A stretch of DNA of 64,000 nt from Nitrososphaerota archaeon (GCA_011605725.1 JAAOZP010000009.1:32001-96000); one strand, 5' to 3'. Numbered from the stretch's first letter, positions 9,070-18,948 are shown. Notes: generated from the letters alone by a model not told the origin. A program made the numbers and translations.

Positions 9070-9978
9070 TTAGACAAGCATCATTAGGCTGTTAACGTAT
9101 TCCTTAGGGTTGAACCTTTTAAGATCAGAGTATTTCTGCCCAGTTCCCACGTATATGACTGGCTTCTTGGATGTGAAGGATACTGAGAGCGCTGCTCCCC
9201 CCTTAACGTCAGCGTCGAACTTGGCCAGTATTACCGCGTCGAAGCCGACATGACTGTTGAAGTCGGCAGCCTGGTTCCAAGCATCGTTCCCAGTTAACGC
9301 GTCTACTACAAGTATCGTGTACGAGGGTTCAACAACCCTCTTAATCTTTCTAAGCTCATCCATGAGGTTTACGTCAGTATGCATTCTTCCAGCCGTGTCT
9401 ATAAGGACAGCATCTATCCCCCTTCTTAAGGCTTGTTGAACTGCTTCGAAGCCTACGCTCGCAGGGTCTGAACCATACTCTTTAAAAACCATCGGCAGCC
9501 CAAGCGCCTTAGCATGCTGACCGAGTTGCTCCACAGCTCCAGCTCTGAAAGTGTCGCTGCAAGCCAGAAGGACGCTTAAACCATTCTCTTTAAACATGTG
9601 TGCAACCTTGGCTATTGTCGTTGTTTTCCCAACACCATTGACACCTATGAAAAGAAGCTTAAAGGGCTTCGGTGATCTCCGGGCTTCCTCGACAAGGTCG
9701 ATTTGAGAATTGCCCAACGTTTTCAGGAGGAAGAGCGTCAACTCTTGTTCTACAAGCTTCTTCACAGCATCCCTGTCGAAAATAGGGGTTCTCCGCCCTT
9801 CAAGGGTTTCAGCAATAGTCTTCTTCAACTCGTCGACAAGCGGGAGAGCCACGTCGCAGAGCACTAGTTTAAGCCCATAATCGTCAAGAACCTCTTCAAT
9901 CTTCTCCCGGCTGAGCGGTCTTGTTGAAACAGCTTCCACGAGGGATTTGAAAAGCTCGCCTACCTTCATAAGGAGCAC
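9070..9978 (-). CDS. ftsY: SRP receptor FtsY
   Basis: GVNGVGKTTTIAK, DTFRAGAVEQL, DTAGR, KFDADVKGG. Confidence 0.95.
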   Translation of the reverse strand: MLLMKVGELFKSLVEAVSTRPLSREKIEEVLDDYGLKLVLCDVALPLVDELKKTIAETLEGRRTPIFDRDAVKKLVEQELTLFLLKTLGNSQIDLVEEARRSPKPFKLLFIGVNGVGKTTTIAKVAHMFKENGLSVLLACSDTFRAGAVEQLGQHAKALGLPMVFKEYGSDPASVGFEAVQQALRRGIDAVLIDTAGRMHTDVNLMDELRKIKRVVEPSYTILVVDALTGNDAWNQAADFNSHVGFDAVILAKFDADVKGGAALSVSFTSKKPVIYVGTGQKYSDLKRFNPKEYVNSLMMLV

Positions 9979-10394
9979 TATTTCTTAAGCTTCTCGTAGA
10001 GCAGTTGAATCCTGCTCCTGCTCTCTTCTATCTTAGCCTGAAGACTACTCATCTGGGTCTCTATGGATCCACGCGCATCATTAAGCTCGCTTAACCTTTT
10101 TTCAACCATTTTAAGAGTCTCCTCCAGGCTTCTCTCAATAAGTATTCCCGATCCGGTGTTAACGAGAAACCTGTTAGTATCTTTCAAAACTGCTTTACCG
10201 TAGACTCCTCCACCTATGTCTAGAAAAAGCTCAACACCTTCACCGGCTTTAGAAATCTCCTCGAGAGCGGATTTAGAAACCTGAAGGTCGTTTATAGATG
10301 CTACTACAAGCTGGTATCTTGACCTAAGCTCCTCCATGATTGTTTCGAATGATCTGAGCTCCGTTATGGCTTTCCTAAGCTCCTCCTCGCTCAT
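9978..10394 (-). CDS. pfdA: Prefoldin alpha subunit
   Basis: Coiled coils flanking IGGGVY...VNTGSG; conserved context. Confidence 0.9.
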   Translation of the reverse strand: MSEEELRKAITELRSFETIMEELRSRYQLVVASINDLQVSKSALEEISKAGEGVELFLDIGGGVYGKAVLKDTNRFLVNTGSGILIERSLEETLKMVEKRLSELNDARGSIETQMSSLQAKIEESRSRIQLLYEKLKK

Positions 10395-10581
10395 CGGTTT
10401 CAGTCTTAACCTCCTCTAGGCTGAGTATTTTAATATTCTCCCTTTTAACACGGTGTCTACTCCCTATCAGAGAGTAGGCCTTCTCAAGAGCGGTCTTCTC
10501 CTTAGAAGCATCCACGCTTATGAAGAAAGGGATCTCCCTCAAAGGTTTTCGAAATGCTCCTTTAACTTTGAACACTGGCAT
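10375..10581 (-). CDS. rpl18a: Ribosomal protein eL20 (L18Ae/LX)
   Basis: ALEKAYSLIGSRHRVKRENIKI. Confidence 0.92.
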   Translation of the reverse strand: MPVFKVKGAFRKPLREIPFFISVDASKEKTALEKAYSLIGSRHRVKRENIKILSLEEVKTETDERGGA

Positions 10582-10605
10582 GCCTGAGCCTGGAGACGGG
10601 GCTTA

Positions 10606-11274
10606 TTAAAAATTTTTCAGCGCCAGCGATATGCTCATAAGCTCAGCCCCGGTTGTAGACTCTCCCACAAGCACCCCATACGGGCTTGCGAGCATGCCGA
10701 GCCTTATGAAAGCCAGCCCGTCGTTCACCGACACTGTGTAAACCCTGAGCTTTAAAACGTCTTCTAGAAGCTTCTTCTCTCTGTCTGACAGTATCTTGGA
10801 GGCGAAGCACAGTTCCTCTCCAGGCACTGCAAGAGCCCCTATAGCGACATAGTTGGCAAGTCTTGCGAAATCATAGTCGACCCCAAGGAAGTCAGCTATC
10901 GCTCTGGCCTCATTCGCGGGGACTCTCGTCGAGAAAAGCGCTCCCTTATTCGAGAGAATCATCATGTTTCCCCATGCTTTAAGCCTGCTTTCAACCCTCA
11001 TGATCTCCTTACCAAGCGTCTCCAGCTCTCTTAGCTCCTCATCCTCAACAGTGTCCGGGGCGATTATGAAGCTCGAGTTCACCGCTATCATCGATGAAAC
11101 GGCATGAACACCACCTATGTTTGTCACCGCTATCGAGCCGACTTTTAGAAAATCCCTAAGCCTCTTTAGGAAGCCCTGCGGAGCATTCTTGTTAACTACA
11201 GCATTAACTCCAAAGACCTTCGAGTAGGCCCCTATGAAGGGTGTTTTCCAGATTGATGCTCTGGCTACTTCCAT
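10606..11274 (-). CDS. eif6: Translation initiation factor aIF6
   Basis: PFIGAY, WGN, SVNDG, VGESTTGAEL; context. Confidence 0.88.
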   Translation of the reverse strand: MEVARASIWKTPFIGAYSKVFGVNAVVNKNAPQGFLKRLRDFLKVGSIAVTNIGGVHAVSSMIAVNSSFIIAPDTVEDEELRELETLGKEIMRVESRLKAWGNMMILSNKGALFSTRVPANEARAIADFLGVDYDFARLANYVAIGALAVPGEELCFASKILSDREKKLLEDVLKLRVYTVSVNDGLAFIRLGMLASPYGVLVGESTTGAELMSISLALKNF

Positions 11275-11277
11275 GAC

Positions 11278-11547
11278 TTATCGCTGCTCTGAAGCGGGGA
11301 GCCTTAGAACAACCTCATCCTCTTCAACGACCGCGAGAACTCTCATACGACTCTTCAAAACTTTCCCAAGGTTGGAGTGAATATACTCGTTCAAATCATT
11401 CCCAATAACTATTCTCTTACCTTTAAAAGCCTTTGAAGCCTTCTCCCTGAGCTTGCGGATTGCTACTTCACGCCTATCCGGAAAAGGCGCATTCTTAACC
11501 CTTGAAAGATTTATTGAAAGAATGGTCTCCTGAGTCTTACTGCTCAT
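11278..11547 (-). CDS. rpl31e: Ribosomal protein eL31
   Basis: INLSRVK...RREVAIRKLRE...IGNDLNEYI; lies between eL39 and aIF6. Confidence 0.85.
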   Translation of the reverse strand: MSSKTQETILSINLSRVKNAPFPDRREVAIRKLREKASKAFKGKRIVIGNDLNEYIHSNLGKVLKSRMRVLAVVEEDEVVLRLPASEQR

Positions 11548-11558
11548 CTCAAACCACC

Positions 11559-11714
11559 TTAAAGCTTGATCCTGCTTCTTCTCCAGTTTCTCCAGCGATG
11601 TGTAAACCTTACTTTCCCACGTGTCTTAGCTATGACCCATGTTGGCACGGAGTAGGCTCTCTTCAACTCAGCCTGCAGGCGAAGCTTCTTGCCAACAGTC
11701 TTGCTCCTAGCCAG
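11559..11714 (-). CDS. rpl39e: Ribosomal protein eL39 (probable CTG start; GTG at 11720 alternative)
   Basis: Manual translation: (M)ARSKTVGKKLRLQAELKRAYSVPTWVIAKTRGKVRFTHRWRNWRRSRIKL. Confidence 0.93.
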   Translation of the reverse strand: MARSKTVGKKLRLQAELKRAYSVPTWVIAKTRGKVRFTHRWRNWRRSRIKL

Positions 11715-11720
11715 CTCCAC

Positions 11721-12032
11721 TCACCTCAACCCTCTTTTCGAAGACAAGTATATTCTCTCCAGGATCTCCTTCAGATACTCGTCTTCAACCGGTATTTTAA
11801 GCTTGCCCTGCTGCGCTAAGGCTATAAGGTATTTCTCAACCTGCTCTGCAAGCTGTGGCTTAACCAGCCTTAGATTATTCAAACGGCTCCTCGCCTCAGG
11901 CGTGAAAACAATCCTGCTTAAAGTCTTTATGACCGTCTGCTCCTCTTGCCTACGCTTGCTTTCCTCAAGATCCTTCTCCATCTGTCTGCGCCGCTGTTCA
12001 AGTATTCTTGCAATCTCCTCGTCCTCACTCAT
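11721..12032 (-). CDS. PDCD5-like DNA-binding protein
   Basis: FTPEARSRLNNLRLVKPQLAEQVEKYLIALAQQG. Confidence 0.9.
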   Translation of the reverse strand: MSEDEEIARILEQRRRQMEKDLEESKRRQEEQTVIKTLSRIVFTPEARSRLNNLRLVKPQLAEQVEKYLIALAQQGKLKIPVEDEYLKEILERIYLSSKRGLR

Positions 12033-12040
12033 TTTCCCAA

Positions 12041-12469
12041 CTACCCTTTTCCAGCAATCTCGCGGGACAGCTTGTCTAGGAGGGAAACACCCTTCGGCGT
12101 CAATCCCCTGCCCTTGTTCGACCTACTTACTAGACCTGCTGCCTCAAGCTGCTGAAGGATCCTTCTGATTATTGCTCCACCAGCCCTAACCTTATGCGCC
12201 CTCCTCATAGGGTATTTCTTCCTACCGCCGTACGCCTTTCTAAGTCTTGAAACACCCATCGGACCCTTCACGTAAAGCCTTCTAAGTATTGAGGCGGCTC
12301 TGACATACCACCAGTCTAAGCGATCCGGAGGCCTCTCCCGGTGGCTGCCCGTTTTAACGAAAAGAGCCCACCTAGGGGGACTTACCTCCTTAACGTTCTC
12401 ACTAAGGTATTCTGCAATCCTCTCTATCAGCATGTCAGCCGGAACCGCTTTAACATGTACAGCCTCCAA
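12041..12469 (-). CDS. rps19e: Ribosomal protein eS19
   Basis: PRWALFVKTG, DWWYVRAASILRRLY, LQQLEAAG. Confidence 0.96.
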   Translation of the reverse strand: MEAVHVKAVPADMLIERIAEYLSENVKEVSPPRWALFVKTGSHRERPPDRLDWWYVRAASILRRLYVKGPMGVSRLRKAYGGRKKYPMRRAHKVRAGGAIIRRILQQLEAAGLVSRSNKGRGLTPKGVSLLDKLSREIAGKG

Positions 12470-12531
12470 CAGTCTTCAGTCTCCGCTTAGAGGCAAAGGT
12501 TTTATAAGGTTTAGCGTGGGGAGGCCTATGG

Positions 12532-13212
12532 ATGAAGAGTCTCGTATGCTTTTTCGACGCGAGCCTTGAGCTTGTTCCAAGAGAGCTAGCTGCCCATCCG
12601 CAGGTTGTTAAAAACGCTGCTAAAAAGGGGAAAAACCCGTTGGAAACGATGCTTGAAAAAAGCATCCATCATAAGGCGATTCTGAGGCTTGAAAACAGGG
12701 AGAAAAGAGGCAGGCCGGATATTCTGCATACCTGTCTTAAAATAGTTTCAGACTCCCCCGTATATAGGGCTGGGAAGCTGAGGGTTGTGGTGCACACCGT
12801 AGGCGGGAAATGGATTGTTCCAATAGGGAGAATAAGGTTTCCAGTGACCTACGGGAACTTCATAGGGTTGATGGAAAAGCTTCTCTCAGAAGGCAGAATC
12901 CTAGACCCTAGTGGGAGAATCCTTATTGAAACAGTGTCGAAAAAGGATGCTTTAAGGGTTTTAGACGAATATCCTCGCAGGATACTCTTCACTCATGTTG
13001 GCAGGAGAGTTGAGGTTAGAGATTATGTTGAAAGCGTTTCAAAAGACGGTGTCCCAGCATGCTTTTTCATAGGTGCATACCCGAGGGGAAGACCCTCTGA
13101 AGAAATATGGAGCATGACTGGGGAGAAGATTTCAGTTTACGACGGGGTTTTAGCAGCCTGGACGGTGACAGCTTGGCTTACTTACGAGATATTCCGGCTA
13201 AATCCTTGCTAG
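12532..13212 (+). CDS. nep1: 16S rRNA pseudouridine N1-methyltransferase Nep1/Emg1
   Basis: SLELVP, EKRGRPDILH, FIGLMEKLL, IGAYPRG. Confidence 0.9.
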   Translation: MKSLVCFFDASLELVPRELAAHPQVVKNAAKKGKNPLETMLEKSIHHKAILRLENREKRGRPDILHTCLKIVSDSPVYRAGKLRVVVHTVGGKWIVPIGRIRFPVTYGNFIGLMEKLLSEGRILDPSGRILIETVSKKDALRVLDEYPRRILFTHVGRRVEVRDYVESVSKDGVPACFFIGAYPRGRPSEEIWSMTGEKISVYDGVLAAWTVTAWLTYEIFRLNPC

Positions 13213-13619
13213 TATATGAAGACTCTTGACGCAATAACCCTGTCGTAAACCTCGTCCAACTCCCTTACTTCAGAGAATAATCCTGAAAGCTCGGCGATTC
13301 TCTGTGCTAAAAGATGGTAGCAAGCATATGCTTCTCCAGTCATAACGTAGTAGAAGAAATCCTTGCAGGAACAATACTTTACCAATGGGATAACAAGATA
13401 CTCCTCCTCCCTGCCTACGATAATCCACCTAACCCTGTTTGAGGGCTGCAGAACATACTTCTTCACTCTTTTTAAGGCTACTGTCCTTAATGCTTTCCTG
13501 CCTCTTTCGCCGAAAACGCTGATAATCTTCTCCTCACACTCGCGCGTCACACCCTGAGTCTTAAGAGTAATTGCTATTTCCTCAGGTATGCTGTCAGCGT
13601 TATCCTTATCTTTAATCAT
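13209..13619 (-). CDS. SWIM zinc-finger protein
   Basis: YCSCKDF...CYHLLA (CxC...CxH). Confidence 0.75.
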   Translation of the reverse strand: MIKDKDNADSIPEEIAITLKTQGVTRECEEKIISVFGERGRKALRTVALKRVKKYVLQPSNRVRWIIVGREEEYLVIPLVKYCSCKDFFYYVMTGEAYACYHLLAQRIAELSGLFSEVRELDEVYDRVIASRVFIY

Positions 13620-13636
13620 CCTCTCATTACCTAGGC

Positions 13637-14383
13637 TTGAACACGCAGACAGGATTTAAGCTTATTAAAGGGGAGCCGGCGCTGCTAGCTGGAGAAACAC
13701 TCGTTATCGCAGACACACACATAGGTTACGAGGGTGAGATACGGCTTAAGGGGATTAAGCTTCCAAGCCTAACCAGGAGCATCCTTACGCGTATTCTAAA
13801 CCTGGCTGAGAAAACATCTGCTACAAGACTGCTGATCCTTGGAGACTTGAAACACACTGTCTACGGGCCCAGGGGGCTCGAGTGGATGGAGATCCCGGAG
13901 TTCATGCGGAGAATCGCCACCAGGTTTGAATGGGTTGGTGTCGTTCCTGGAAATCACGACGGGGATCTTTACACCGTCCTGCCTGAGGAAGTTGAGCTAA
14001 TGGATTCTGACGGAGTCCTGCTCAACGGGATTCTCTTCACGCATGGTCATAAGAGGATTGATAATGTTCTCGACAAGAAAGGTTGGAGCAATGTTAGGAA
14101 AATTGTAGTTGGACATTTCCACCCGGCTGTAGAGCTTCTCGACGACCTAGGATACAGATACGTGATTCCGGTCTGGATTAGGGGTTTACTGAAGAACAGT
14201 GTTGAAATATTTTTTATGCCGGCTTTCAACAAGAACATTGGGAAACTTATAGTTAACAATCCTGAGAGAATGTCTGATGAGTTAAAAGGTTTCTTAAAAA
14301 CAGGTTCAATTAATCTTAAAGAGGCTGAGGCATACAGCCTTGACCTAGTCCTCATAGGGAGAATCGGTGAAATAGAGACATAA
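13637..14383 (+). CDS. Calcineurin-like metallophosphoesterase
   Basis: DTHIG, GDLKH, GNHD, HGH, GHFHP. Confidence 0.88.
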   Translation: MNTQTGFKLIKGEPALLAGETLVIADTHIGYEGEIRLKGIKLPSLTRSILTRILNLAEKTSATRLLILGDLKHTVYGPRGLEWMEIPEFMRRIATRFEWVGVVPGNHDGDLYTVLPEEVELMDSDGVLLNGILFTHGHKRIDNVLDKKGWSNVRKIVVGHFHPAVELLDDLGYRYVIPVWIRGLLKNSVEIFFMPAFNKNIGKLIVNNPERMSDELKGFLKTGSINLKEAEAYSLDLVLIGRIGEIET

Positions 14384-14516
14384 ATATACGCGTCGGTTTT
14401 CCTTCTAGAGTAGGATCCTGCTGTCTAGCGCGCTGTTTTCACAGTATTCTTTCGAAAACGTTGAATACTTTAATACTGTTGAGAAAAACTTATATCAAGA
14501 CTTTAAACATAATCCT

Positions 14517-15536
14517 GTGAGTTTGAATACTCGGATCCAGAAAATAGTGTTTATAATGGGTCTAATACTATTCTCAACGGGGGTCTTTATTACGATGGGT
14601 ATTCCGGAGGACGCCGGCTGGAAGCATAGGAGCAAAACATTGATTGAAGGAAAAACTATAAGTGTTTCAGCTGGATGGAAATCTGACAGCAGGAAACTCA
14701 TCGAAGAGGTTCTAAAAGTTGAAGCCCCTCTGAAATACGATGTATGTTGGGGAGCCACGCCGCTCTTCTTCGGAGAGGAAAAAGACTTCATGATAACTGG
14801 GGGGGCAGTTGAGCAATCATCTCCTAGAAAGCCTTTCAACCTATATGTTCTCGACCGTGTAAACCTCAACCTGTGGGAAGCAGGATTACCCTACAGGGCT
14901 TACTACGAGGAGAAGGGTAAGACTTCAGTCAACTTCACCTTCACAATAGCATCGAAGGAAAATTTGCCTGACGCAATCTATTTTATCGTGGAGGAGCATG
15001 ATCCAGGAGTAGAGCCAATAGTCCTTGTCAGCTCGACGATCAGCTGGACCGAGAAATCTTCGAAAACAGATTGCACTGGATACGTAGCGTTCACGCCTCA
15101 GGTTTTAATCGGAGAGGCTAAGGATTTCATGCTTAAGGGTAACGCTACAGAGGAGAACGGAAACAGGTTCAACTTCTACGTTATGGAGTATTCTAACTAT
15201 TGGGAATGGCTTGCAGGTAAAAACTATACGGCCATGCTTGAGCGGGAGGACGTGAACTTTTTAAGCTTCAACATTTCGCTTGCAGAAGATCAAGTGAGCC
15301 CGGCGTTCAGCGTGTGTTTTGTTGTTGAAAATACCTTAAAAGATGTGGATGAAAAAATCATTATTAATGCGACGTTAGAATGGCAGGAGAAAACAACTGT
15401 TTCACCAGTCCCCGGTGGAAAAATAATTGGCATCATCATGGCAAGCATGGGCCTTATCATGATAGTTACTGGAATTGCTCCGGTAGTATTTAAACATGGA
15501 GGAAATCTCTTCGACAACATGGGAAATAATGTATAG
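14517..15536 (+). CDS. Hypothetical membrane protein with two terminal TM helices and an internal domain duplication
   Basis: 339-aa ORF, hydrophobic ends, repeated KDFM.....FN.YV....N...W.AG unit. Confidence 0.7.
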   Translation: MSLNTRIQKIVFIMGLILFSTGVFITMGIPEDAGWKHRSKTLIEGKTISVSAGWKSDSRKLIEEVLKVEAPLKYDVCWGATPLFFGEEKDFMITGGAVEQSSPRKPFNLYVLDRVNLNLWEAGLPYRAYYEEKGKTSVNFTFTIASKENLPDAIYFIVEEHDPGVEPIVLVSSTISWTEKSSKTDCTGYVAFTPQVLIGEAKDFMLKGNATEENGNRFNFYVMEYSNYWEWLAGKNYTAMLEREDVNFLSFNISLAEDQVSPAFSVCFVVENTLKDVDEKIIINATLEWQEKTTVSPVPGGKIIGIIMASMGLIMIVTGIAPVVFKHGGNLFDNMGNNV

Positions 15537-15808
15537 AATAGGCCCATGAAAGCATGAGAGAAGAGCATGTGTAGAGTTGGGTTCACGCGATTTAGCTACG
15601 TGACGTGTTTATGATACGTATTGATACCAGTAGAAAAGCGCGGCGCTTAAACCGGTTTTCTTAAAGTACGTGTTTCCTACTGGTTTAGACTTGATCCTTG
15701 AAGCATTAGAATGTTCAAAAGCTGTTTACGCGCACATTTAGATGGTAACACTTGACTGGTTGGTCGTTGAAGTTTTAAAAATGTTCTCGTAAGGTTTAAA
15801 AGCTAAAA

Positions 15809-16810
15809 ATGTTTTTCAATTTCATGAAAAACGGGGTCGTTTTCTCCACGGCCTTGGACGACAATTTCTTAGAGGTTTTAAGCGGGGAAATGCCTTTTAA
15901 AAACGAGGTTGTTGCGATAAAGCTCCACATGGGTGAGCCCAGGAATAGGAACCATTTGAAGGCCGAGGAGGTTAAGAGGTTTGTCGATTTGTTGAAGCGA
16001 ATGGGCTGCAAGCCATTTCTTTTCGACACGACTGTTTCTTATGCTGGCAAGAGGAATAGTGTGGAGGGCTATTTTGAAGTAGCTGCTGTAAACGGCTTCA
16101 CAGATGCTTTCATGGAGTGTCCAATAGTGATCGGCGATGAAGAGCATGAAGCGGTGAAAGGCAGGCTTGAATACCGGGTTGCTAAGAAACTTTGCGGTGT
16201 CTCCGTCCTAGTCTTGACTCATGTTAAGGGTCATCCCTGTTCCGGCATAGGTGCTGCTATAAAGAACTTGGGAATGGGAGCAATGACCAAGAAAACTAAG
16301 TCAGAAATCCATGAAGGCGGTAAACCAGTCTACGTCGGGGGCTGCGAGGTTTGCGGCGTCTGTGTCGAGAACTGTCCTATAGGTGTTATGAAGCTTGACG
16401 AAGATGAGAAAAGGCCGAAACCCTCTTTAACAGACTGCTTAGGATGCTCTAACTGTACGATAGTTTGTCCCAGAGGAGCCTTGAAGCCGCGAGTAGCTGC
16501 TTTTGACTTTCTGCTGGCGGAGGCCGCTAAGGCAGCGATTTCAAAATTTAAGAAGGTTTATTTCGTGAATTTTCTACAAAGGATGACGAGGTTTTGCGAT
16601 TGTTTCGACGAGCCGTTGGAGCCAGTTATCGCTGACATAGGTATTCTCGCAGGCGGCGATATTCTTGCTGTTGAGAAAGCGACTCACGATTTAATTGTTA
16701 AAAAGGAAGGCAGAGATGTTTTCAAGGAGTTGAACAAGAAGTCTTTTAGAGAACAGTTGAAGGCTGCAGAACAAGTTTTCCTTGGTAAGCGAAATGATGG
16801 AGAAACTTAA
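15809..16810 (+). CDS. DUF362-family Fe-S protein with ferredoxin domain
   Basis: VAIKLHMGE, THVKGH, GAAIKNLGMG, two CxxCxxCxxxCP motifs, CDC. Confidence 0.85.
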   Translation: MFFNFMKNGVVFSTALDDNFLEVLSGEMPFKNEVVAIKLHMGEPRNRNHLKAEEVKRFVDLLKRMGCKPFLFDTTVSYAGKRNSVEGYFEVAAVNGFTDAFMECPIVIGDEEHEAVKGRLEYRVAKKLCGVSVLVLTHVKGHPCSGIGAAIKNLGMGAMTKKTKSEIHEGGKPVYVGGCEVCGVCVENCPIGVMKLDEDEKRPKPSLTDCLGCSNCTIVCPRGALKPRVAAFDFLLAEAAKAAISKFKKVYFVNFLQRMTRFCDCFDEPLEPVIADIGILAGGDILAVEKATHDLIVKKEGRDVFKELNKKSFREQLKAAEQVFLGKRNDGET

Positions 16811-16824
16811 TACTAATGATTTTC

Positions 16825-17613
16825 TTAATAGAAGTACTCCGGCTTCTTCCTTCCCTCAGTTAATTCATACTGCCTAGCTGCCTCCTCCATCAGCCTGTCG
16901 AAGTCCCTACTGGTCTTTTCAATATCTTTAAGGTCAAGGTCTATTTTTAACATTTTAACCAGCTTCTCGAGAATAGCGTGAATACTTCTAGGATATATGT
17001 TGGCAAAGGGTGGAGCATGTCCCCATAGGCTTATAGCATCAATGCTTTTTCTCTGACAGGCGAGCACGAGAAGCGAGTGGATGCCTACTGGTGCGGGCTG
17101 CCTACTGCTTCCATACGTCACATATCCTACTCTGTATTCTTTCAACTCGTCTTTTAACCTGGGGTTTCCAACTACCGCCTCCACCGTCTGCTCTTCATGT
17201 GAAATTTCTGGAGTAACTACTCCGCCGATTATGTACATTCTCCTCACCCTGCAAAAACTTGCTAAATCAACTATTTCCTCAGCGTATTCGTTAGGCTTGA
17301 AATTAGGCTCGTCGGCAAGCAGAAGCATCAAATCGTTTCCTCCAGCCGTATTCTTACAGTAGAATAACTCTGTGGAAGGCCATTCTATCCTTCTTATAAT
17401 ACCCTCTTCAATCCATCCTAATGGCCGAGAGTTTTGAAGAATGTAGAAATCGTCCGGAACCATTTCGCCGAACTTTCTTGCCCCCAGCTTCCTTACTAGG
17501 TAGCTTACACTTCCGCTTGAAATTCTTCCAGCATCAGCCCAACCTCTAAACCCGAGTATGAACATTGGTTCTGTAAGTATAGGCTGCTCGTAAATATTGA
17601 ATCTCCCCCTCAT
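16825..17613 (-). CDS. PAC2-family (proteasome assembly chaperone-like) protein
   Basis: GFRGWADAG, DFY...RP, EPN, GIHSLL, SLWGHAP. Confidence 0.85.
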   Translation of the reverse strand: MRGRFNIYEQPILTEPMFILGFRGWADAGRISSGSVSYLVRKLGARKFGEMVPDDFYILQNSRPLGWIEEGIIRRIEWPSTELFYCKNTAGGNDLMLLLADEPNFKPNEYAEEIVDLASFCRVRRMYIIGGVVTPEISHEEQTVEAVVGNPRLKDELKEYRVGYVTYGSSRQPAPVGIHSLLVLACQRKSIDAISLWGHAPPFANIYPRSIHAILEKLVKMLKIDLDLKDIEKTSRDFDRLMEEAARQYELTEGRKKPEYFY

Positions 17614-18164
17614 TCTATCTCCTAAGGTTTTGAACCCGTGGGAGGATTTAAACCTATTAAGCGAGCGACCAGCGCGGGGACTGCAAAATGACGTCGACGA
17701 CGTGTCTTCTCCAACCCTCATTAACACCGTTTTCCTTTCAATATTCGAGCAGAAGCGCTTGGTCTCTCATTCCAGCAGCAGATATTGTTATTCATCCCCA
17801 TACATGGGCATGCCTAAATTATTAGTAGAACTCTGGCTATCTTACCCTCAGGTATTCCCACCCCCTGGCCGCTTCCTTCTCCCTCGTTAAAAATCGTTAC
17901 CCACACCGGAGAGTTACGCAGTGTTCAAGGTGCGCGGGCTATCTCCACTAGCCTTAAATTCCAAGAGTCTAAGTCCTTCTGCCACGCCTGTCGTTAGGTC
18001 TGTTTAACGTCAACGGGTGTAAATCCATGGGGGCGTGCTTCTCAATTACAGAACGTAAGTCCTTCCAGGGAAAAATGGCTGGGTAAAACGTCTTCCCTCG
18101 GATTTTTCCACGATGGCTTCAGGCTGGCGGAAAAAGGTTATATAGGTTGCTTCGATAAAATGCT

Positions 18165-18581
18165 TTGGACATGTCCATCGTTCAGACATATAGGGGCAAG
18201 ACTCTCGAGGAGCTGAACAGCCTTTCGATGAACGAGCTGATGAGGCTTCTCCCAGCCAGGATTAGGAGAAGCCTTAAGAGAGGACTTCACCCTGAGACTC
18301 GGAAGCTCCTCGAGAAGATCAGGAAGGTTAAGGCTGAGATGGCTCGAACCGGGGTTCAGCCCAGGAGGATAAGAACTCACAGGAGGGATATGCCTATTCT
18401 CCCGGAGATGGTTGGGTTAACCATTGAGGTCCATAACGGTAAGGACTTCATACCTGTCGAAATCACTCTGGATAAGGTGGGCCACTACTTGGGTGAGTTT
18501 GCAATAACCAACAAGAGGGTTGTTCACGGTAAGCCTGGAGTCGGAGCTAGCAAGGCTTCTACTTACGTGCCTTTGAAGTAA
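18165..18581 (+). CDS. rps19: Ribosomal protein uS19
   Basis: [32 protein letters not shown]. Confidence 0.96.
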   Translation: MDMSIVQTYRGKTLEELNSLSMNELMRLLPARIRRSLKRGLHPETRKLLEKIRKVKAEMARTGVQPRRIRTHRRDMPILPEMVGLTIEVHNGKDFIPVEITLDKVGHYLGEFAITNKRVVHGKPGVGASKASTYVPLK

Positions 18582-18614
18582 GAAAAATAAAAAGGATTAG
18601 GGAAAGAATTGGCC

Positions 18615-18845
18615 TTACTGCTTCTTAGGCTGCTCCTTCCAAACATACGTTATTCTATCGTCTATCACCAGGTATTCTCCACTGTCCTTGACTGATACCA
18701 TGGGTTTCTTCAATATTGTAGCAATCTTTCTAAGTCCTTCAAGCGACTTGACGTGTGCAACGTATCCTTCAGGAGTCTTCTCAAGCTTATCCACGTTCAC
18801 TGCTCTACGTATGCTGGGCTCGGCTTCAGCCGCCTCCTTGCTCAT
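18615..18845 (-). CDS. Hypothetical small protein
   Basis: 76-aa ATG ORF filling the gap between uS19 and uL22, protein-like composition. Confidence 0.6.
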   Translation of the reverse strand: MSKEAAEAEPSIRRAVNVDKLEKTPEGYVAHVKSLEGLRKIATILKKPMVSVKDSGEYLVIDDRITYVWKEQPKKQ

Positions 18846-18948
18846 TTTCTATCGCTAAAGCTGCTTTATCCTAGGATTTAAGCATTGCCTATAACGGGCA
18901 AAATATTTAATAATTGGTGCATATTCCTGTCCTGCTTCCACAGCCAAG

